Part shown: positions 56,422 to 64,000 of the stretch, in pieces
Position numbering within the stretch: the first letter of the stretch is position 1
Layout of the letters: every line of letters begins with the position of its first letter
Assembly (NCBI GenBank): GCA_030704615.1
Contig: CM060733.1
Span: forward strand, 25,482,001 to 25,546,000
Length of the DNA stretch: 64,000 nucleotides
From: Takakia lepidozioides
Lineage: Eukaryota > Plantae > Bryophyta
Direction: 5' to 3'
Program-made: the position numbers and the translations under genes
The notes under the pieces: model-generated
Database searches by the model: none
What the model saw: only the letters and a program-made list of their open reading frames with translations
Told to the model about the DNA's origin: nothing

Positions 56422-59400
56422 CTGCAGGTACCACTGCCAAGTTTGGGTCAACTTTGCCATCGACATTGGGAAGGTGACATGGCATACAATTACGCACATG
56501 GTCTTTCCAAGTCATGTCATCCCGACCCTCCAAGATCAGGACTCTTGAGGGCAACACCTCTCGAACCCTCAGAATAACACGCCCTACAGTGACATCCAGG
56601 GTCGTAGGAGCAATCTGCTGCAAATAAACATAGTCACCCGAGCTAAACCGCCAAACCCCAGGACGATATCCTCCACCACGTATAGTGGCATACCTCAACG
56701 TATCACGGTGCTGTGCAATGGCAAGGTTCTCAAAAACCATGGGCATGACTTTATTGAACAACTCTGCATGCTGACCACATGCACGTACCCACACGTTCGG
56801 ATCGTCAAGGTTAAGGACTTGAGCAGTGTCCCTACGAATGGCTGCAGGCAAATCCGGCTCTCGGCCAAAGAGAAGGAAATATGGTGAGAAGGAGGCAAGT
56901 GATGCTTGTTTGCGGAACCTGTAGCCCATGGCTAACCAAAGCACTTGAAAATCTCCTAGGTGTCCCTTCTGCAAGCCATACTTGCGCAAACCCCTCTTCA
57001 TCGTCTGAACAACTCTCTCTACCAAGTCATCGGCCTCAAGATGATCCCGAGAAGTGGTGCGGTGGTCTACCAAGGCTTTATCACACAAAGCCTGAAACTC
57101 CCCCAAGAACTCTCTCCCTTGGTCCGTGAGTACCTCAGCTGGAGCACCGAATCGGCTAAGCACACGATCCAAGAATGCATAAGCAGCCCCCTCACTAGCC
57201 TTGTCAGGCAATGGAACCAACTCAATCCACTTGGAGAAGTGCTCCACCATCACCAACACATATCTATGGTGGCGCATAGTCAGTGGCAACGGTCCTGCAA
57301 AGTCAAGACTCCACCTGTAGCCCAATCTCATGATTGGTAAAGGATGCAACTATGGTGTAGGGGCGTTGAATGAAGCACGCACCCGGTCATGCACCTAGCC
57401 ACGAACTATTGCACCTCTATATGCATACCAAGCCACCAATACTGCCCCCTGCAATAAACTGTGAGTGCGTCGCACTCCAAAATGCCCCAACTCCTCATGG
57501 GCATGCCGTACTAACCGTGCACGCTGTGTGGGGTGAGGCACAATCCTCACCCGACCATCCTCCCATACTCGGAGCAGGTATATCCCATCCCACTTGAACC
57601 TCTTGGCTCGTTGCAGGATCCGATCCCTCTCCTTGGCAGTCGCAGTAGCTGTCGTGTCTCCAGTACAGAGGTAGTCCAACACAGCCGAATCCTCATGTAT
57701 ATCTCGGGTACCACCTGGCTCATCACTAGCCTTAGGGTCCTTAGACACTCCGTCTACAGTCATCTTTGTTGTAGGTCCAACCTGACCTCCCGATGCCAAG
57801 ATACACAAAAAGGCAGATGCATGTCATCCCGGCACCATCTCCTCGTCCGTCTCACCATGCCACCGAGCTCCAGTGTCATCCTCAATCCATCCACGTCCTG
57901 ATTGACCAAACCTGGTCGATGCACAACCTGAAAGTCATACTCCTGGAGTATGAGTGCCCACCGTGCAAGCTTCCCCGTAAGCTTGTTTGACTCCATCAAC
58001 CACTTGAGTGGATGGTGATCCGTGACAAGGGTGAAGAGATTGCCGTATAGGTAGCACCTGAAGTGTGCCACGGCCCACACTGCAGCTAAGCACTCTCCCT
58101 CATATGAGCTGTTTTTAGCCTTTGCAGCGTTGTTTGAGTGGCTAGCATAAGCCACTACGAACTTTCTTTCCTCATCATCCACATGTGTGAGCACCGCTCC
58201 AAGCACCAACATGCTCCAATTCGTATGCAGCTAAAAGGGACGCCCTCTGATAGGTCGTCTCAGGATAGGTGCCGAGGTCAACCTGGCCTTGAGCTCTTGA
58301 AAAGCTCGTTCCTGCTCATCTTCCCACTGCCACTCCTGGTCCACCTTGGTCAGCTTGGTTAAAGCCTTTGCAATGGCACTAAATCCCTTGACAAACCGTC
58401 TATAATAGTTTGCCAACCCCATGAAAGCTCGAACTCGGCTCACATCCGTGGGGCGTGGAATTTGTGCAATGGCCTCTACCTTAGTCTGTTGTACCCCCAA
58501 TCCTCCAGGATATATCATGTGACCCGGATACTTAATCTGGTTGTGGAAAAACTTGCACTTCCCCGGGTGCAACTTCAATCCGTGCGCTCTTAAGCGCTCC
58601 AATACCACCTGAAGGTATCTCTCGTGCTCCTCTACCGTAGCACTAAAGATGATGATGTCATCTATGTAGCATCGAGCAAAGTTCACTCATGCTAGAATCC
58701 TATCCATGACTCTCTGAAACTATGCAGGAGCGTTCTTAAGCCTAAATAGTAAGAACCGCCACTGATATAGGCAATCCTTGCCATGCTCATTGATCCCCCA
58801 TAATATCGTCTTCTGCTTATCTGCCTCCTTGATCGGCAACTGGTGGTATCCGGATCGTAAATCCAAAGTGCTAAAGACCTTAGCATGTCTGATGGCATCA
58901 AAGATCTCCTCTAGTGTTGGCATGGCATACTTATTGGACTTGGTCTGACGATTTGCAGGCCGGTAATCACCGCACATACGTCTCTGCGTCCAATTGCCAT
59001 AGACATCCTTCTTGGCTGGCATCACTATGGCTGAAGCATACTCTCCACCAGAGAGCTCCACCAAACCGGCCTCCTAGAGATCTTGAGTTTTCATCTGAAT
59101 CAAAGACCTCTCCATGTCACTGTAACTATAGGGTCTCCGAAAGATTGGCGTGTTAGTGGCCAACTCAATATGAATCTCTTGACCTTTCAGTGCTCCCAAG
59201 TCCTTCAAACTGAAGGCAAAGCAATTCCTATAAGCCCTCAGGAACCGCCGTATACGTCGTCTCTCTCCTCCGGTGACAATGGGTCCAATGTCAGGCTCCC
59301 AATTGTCCTCCGTAACTGCAACCTTAAGTCCAGTGGGCTTAGAGGTAGAGGACGTGTCCAGTGGTTGATATGTTGCAACCTCTTGAGCAGTACTCCCTTC

Positions 59401-59669
59401 CTGCTCAGTCAATGACAAGGCCTCATCCTGCCCCATCATCTCATCCTCGAGGACTTCCTCAACCCGAGAAAAATCCCCAACCTCATCCATCACCGCCGCC
59501 CTGGCTGCCAACTCCCTCTGAACCTCGAGCACCTCCCACGTGTGTCATGGATGTCTGCACCCCGTGGTCCTCTCATGCTCGCCCCCAACTCACTGTCTGT
59601 ACTATCTCGGTAGGCAAAGAGACCATCGAGGGAAGTGTACTCCGCACTCTGCGTTGCTCAGCCATAGCC

Positions 59670-60620
59670 AAGCTGATAATCCAGGTCAAGCAATTGAGAT
59701 CCATTGCTTGCCCCAACACCTAACCACGTGATGCCTCAGAAAGAGACGACACCGCCGTGGTACCAGTGGTAAAACTCATTGCCCGTTCACGCTCGTCAGC
59801 ATTAGGCTCCACTAACTGCTGCAACTGATCATCCCACATGAGGCCAGGTCCCCTATCCCGGAAAGCATGCGATCCTGGGAAGCTGAGCAGTGTAGGTAAT
59901 GTTGCTCGTGGTGACCCACCTTGTTGACCACTGCCAAAGGCGATCGGTCATCATGTCTCACACGCTGAGACTGCCTCCCTGTGTCCAAAATGCTATCCAC
60001 TATGAGGTGTGCTGGCCGCTGCACCCCATCAAATGCACGCTTAAGCAGTGCGGGTGGCATCAAGTTAGTCCACCATAGCCGTGGACAATGAGCCCGTGAC
60101 CCCACTGTAGCTGCATCTAGCAACACTGCTGACCCAAGCCACGACCGGACTTGATGCACACTGGCCATCACCCTGGCCCGAGAATCGCCCATCAGTGGCA
60201 CATTCTCCAAGATGTATGCTGGAGATACAGCTTGATGAAGTTGCAAGTGGCGCAAAACCCGCACCATCTCCCAAACAGACCCGACCTCGAGTCTCGCAAT
60301 CCATTGTCATGCCCTGCTGATGAATGCCCTTGGCAGGGCCAATCTGCCACTACTAGATCAATGGAGCCAACCCGCTCCAAATCCTGCGCTCCCAGCAACG
60401 AAACGTCTGCTAGCAAGGCCTGCTGATATCCACGAACTACAGACACCGGCAACAACTCAGGGTACTACTGCACCAACTGAACAACATAGCAAAGTGAAAC
60501 GTGTCGTGCAGTCTCATCCCTCTCCACATACAGGTAACGCCGAACTCGTACACCTGCCTGTAACACAGCAGCCAATCCTGTGCAGATCCTGCCAAACAAG
60601 TCCAGAAGACAAATGTCTTC
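59670..60620 (-). pseudogene. C5-cytosine DNA methyltransferase domain inside the pol region
   Basis: Motif I LLDLFGRICTG; II YVERD; IV DLVVADWPCQGHS; VI YILENVP; VIII AHCPRLWWTN; IX ERERAMSF; X LGQAMD. Confidence 0.92.
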
Positions 60621-63600
60621 ATCCAAATACTGCCACACAATAGGTGTGGTGTCCAATGGAGACAACTGAGGTGGTCCTGGTGCAATCCACCACCTCTCCT
60701 CCTCTCCTGATGGTACGAAAGCCTCTACCCAGGCTTGTTGCACCCGTCGATCAGCAACCTGCTGCAAATCCTTGCTCGTGCCCCACAATGGAGTTTGAGC
60801 AATCATGGCAGGCAACTCCGTCATACCATGCATGTTATCCTGCTCTTCCGGAGGTGACACATCCTTTGAATGAGCGTTGCCCTCAAGCAACTCTCCAGGC
60901 CAAGTCACTGTAGCTGTGAATGCTGCTAGTGTCGGCATCTTGCCCCGTTGGGCAACCGCAACTCCTCCTATGAATGTCACAGGGAGCTGCACATGTCGGC
61001 CCTCCCCTGACTGCCATCCAGGCCTATAGGAAGCTGACTCCTCCCAAAAATCCAGGGTGAAGCCCATGGGTACAACACTGCCCCACCAACCAGGACATCG
61101 TACGAGACCGCGTCTGTCACAATGGCCTTGGCTCGCATCACTGAGCCATCTGTAGGGTGATCTGGCTGTAGTCTGATAGCCAACTCAGGCCGTGTCATGC
61201 CCCGAGCCTGCTCCGATCCTCCCAAAGACATCTGTATCTGGAAAGGACAAGGCTCCATATCCGCCTCCGTGAGGTCCAAGCCTGCAATAGCAGCTTTGCC
61301 CAGCATCAATGGCTGAGCTCCCGAGTCCAACAAGACCCGCAGTGTCCGGTACCTCTTGCCTGCCGGTCCACTCAAACAGAAAATGTCATCCTGGTTGTCT
61401 AACATGACAACTCCAGGTGTCACAATGGCGCGCTCAATGGCTGGCCTAGCTGGCAGCTCCATCAACCTGGCAACTGTAGCTTGCCATGGCGCCGCCGTGG
61501 CAGTCTTGACCCTCAAATCCGAGGATCCCTCTGGCACTACACCTCCCACTATCTCCGCAGAAGATGAAGTAACCTCCCCACTCTCACAGAGTGTAGCTGC
61601 CAGCCTGAACACCTCAGCTGGTCTTACCCCCGGCGTCGCAATCATGGTAGCCGAGAACAATGGAGCTTGGTACACAGATGTGGCCGCTCCCAGCAGCACA
61701 CTAGCTGCAGTAGCCGTGGCAACACTAGGTAGTGGTGCTACCCATGTAGCTCTCCCCAATGGCATAGTAACCTCCGCCTCGGTAACAGTCGGGCGAGAAC
61801 TAGGTGCCATGGATGGCGTCGACACCGTCTCCGCCAATGTGAATGACTAAGGAAGCCTAGCCTGACGGCTTGCCTCCCCACGCTGTGGATCCAACTCCAC
61901 CTCTGCACCTCGTGGCTCAGGAACTCGTGCTGCTTTCCTCGAGTCACGGCTGCAGCAGATTCCACCTGCACTAGTGGTAGTGCTGCTCCGCACATGAATC
62001 CCATGCCTCCCATATCTCCCTCCCTCAGAAGCAGGAGGTGACCATCCGGCCTTGGAGCCGGTACCACATGAGCTGTAGCCATGGCAGCGAGCCTCTGCTC
62101 TAGCTGCTGAAGTCGGTTGGCCATGCCTTGGTAAACACCCTGACCTCCGCGTTCTTGGCCATGTTGAGCTTGCCCTTCGCCTACATCTTGTGTCTGGCCA
62201 CCTCGTCCTCTCTGGGCTGCCCCACCTCGCCCCCGGCCACCATTGTTCCCTTGGAACTGGCCTGGGCGCAACTCGGGATGCAAACCATAACACTGGGCCT
62301 CTGCATGCCCGTGCTTGCCACAATGCCCACACTGCAACTGTGCAGGCTGTGCATATGCTGGCCCTTTGCCTTCCTTTGGGCAATCCTTCTTGACATGGGG
62401 TCCTCCACATGTACAACACACCACCTCTGCCCGTTGTTGGCCTGCAAATGAAGGGAGAGACCCCTACATCCGAGGTCCTCTCTATCCTTCCCTGGGCTTC
62501 ACCTGGGCCCCCTTGTTGTCTTGAGCACGTTGAGGTAGTGATTGGCTAGGAGCACCACTACCCCATGGTGTCTCCTTAGCAAATCCCACCATGACCACTC
62601 GTTCCTCCACCATGTTGAGCTCTATCCGCTCTGCCAGCAAAAACACATTTGCTAAAGTGGGTTGGGCCGCTTGTAGGAGAGTTGCATCCCGCACCCTTCT
62701 CCTCAGCTCCTTGTCCAATATCTCATACCAGAATTGAACTACCTGAGCTTCCGTAACCCCTTGGGTTACATTTATCAAGCGCCTCATGCGAGTGAAAGCC
62801 TCCCTCAAGCTCTTAGTAGGTTTCCGTTGGAACTCTTGCAAGCTCCGCAACTTCTCTGTCCTCACCCCTTGGTAGTTCCCTCTCAACTCTTCGAAGAACT
62901 CCACAACAGGGTTGAAGGCAAGCACGGGTACTGGTGCTGGTGTAGTAGTGGCTTGGGTGGACGTCGTAGCTACGGTACCACCAGTCCCACTAGTCCCACT
63001 GTTGCTTGCTGAAGCTGCCGGTGCAGCAGCGGCAGGTGTAGCCACTGCCCTCGTGGCTCTAGTGCCCCTAGTGATGGAGACATAGTCGGGTGACCAGTAC
63101 ATCCTCCACTCCTCAATCTCAACCTCATGCCCCCGCCTGAACTCATGGTAATTATCCATAGGCGGCCCCTCAAGGTGCTGAAACAGCCCCTTCTCTATGC
63201 CATGAAAGGCGTAATAGTTGTGGATTGCGCATTTGCTGCAAATCACACCAACTATCAAACTCTTGGATAAAATCATCCAACTCGATGGTGCCCACCGCCC
63301 CAGAGTACCTTTGTGCCCCTTGGTAGCTCCATACATCTCCTCCATTGTTCCCACAACAATGGCAAGAAAACAACTTGCACCGCCGTTGTGAGTCCTCCTG
63401 ATTCACAATCCAAATCAGAACCTTCCGTAGAAGACACAGGAGGTGAAGGTGGCCTAAACTGCACACCTCGTCTCGTGTACCCACTAGTATCGCTAGTGCT
63501 CAAACCGGCACTATCCCCAGCAACTAGTGGCACCTCCGTGTTGACAAACTGTCACTCAAACGGTCATGACATGTCCCTAACCCCCTCTTCACAAGGTAAC

Positions 63601-64000
63601 CGGTAGCGAACCTGTTGCGGCTTATGGTTTGGAATACTAGGTTCCTAACATAGCCTACACCTGCACCTGCATCCACCGCAAACTCTCCTATGGTTGGCTA
63701 GTCATCACCTCCAACCTCACCACAAGAGAAACAATGATGGTCTAACTGGTCATCACCCCAGCCTCACCATCGACAGCATGCTCTAGGACTGGCCGGTGAT
63801 CAAATCCGGATCATTCACCTATAAAAACAAACGCCCACACAAAACTAACATGAAGCACAGTCAAGCATGCAGGTATGGAGGGGATCCAAACACAAGAAAT
63901 CAGAACGACAACTCCCCCACACCAAAAACAACTCCACGGTGTTGCTCCTCGATGAAACCCAGCCAAACTCGGACTGACTCTTGCCCCACCTACGGAAAGG

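Larger units (their letters stand above)
55701..64000 (-). mobile_element. Ty3/gypsy LTR retrotransposon, degenerate: gag-ZnK-PR-DNMT-RT-RH-IN-PHD; 5' LTR outside the window
   Basis: Gag (62482-63484), zinc knuckles (CGHCGKHGHAEAQC), LLDSGAQ protease, C5-MTase motifs, LDLRSGYHQ and YIDD RT, RNase H (TDH, ARW), integrase (HEELGHFG, WSLDFAGP, TDQG.EF), PPT and LTR. Confidence 0.95.

Overview
Nuclear DNA of a non-seed land plant (bryophyte- or lycophyte-grade; inferred from gene content, GT-AG introns, a PPR-DYW relic and TE types). Host genes: intronless NIP7 (-), G6PD4-type glucose-6-phosphate dehydrogenase (-; an ~8 kb intron filled with LINEs), MCM7 (+, divergent from G6PD4), a PCC13-62-like desiccation-related ferritin-fold gene (-) and a P4-ATPase flippase (ALA, -). 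Three mobile systems stand out. (1) ~487-12490 is a degenerate ~12 kb DNA transposon with a DUF7869/Sola-like DDE transposase, 30-bp terminal repeats and an apparent 4-bp TSD. Its right half appears inverted. It carries a ParB-like gene piece, a degenerate amino-methyltransferase-like gene piece, three FCP1/NIF-type HAD domains, telomere-like subterminal repeats and seven dispersed copies of a 24-bp palindrome. (2) A LINE family piles up head-to-tail in its own (CT)n tails, with one full-length copy bounded by a TSD. (3) 55701-64000 is a Ty3/gypsy element with a C5-cytosine methyltransferase domain between protease and RT and a PHD finger after integrase. All calls come from reading motifs by eye; no searches were run and exon boundaries are approximate.
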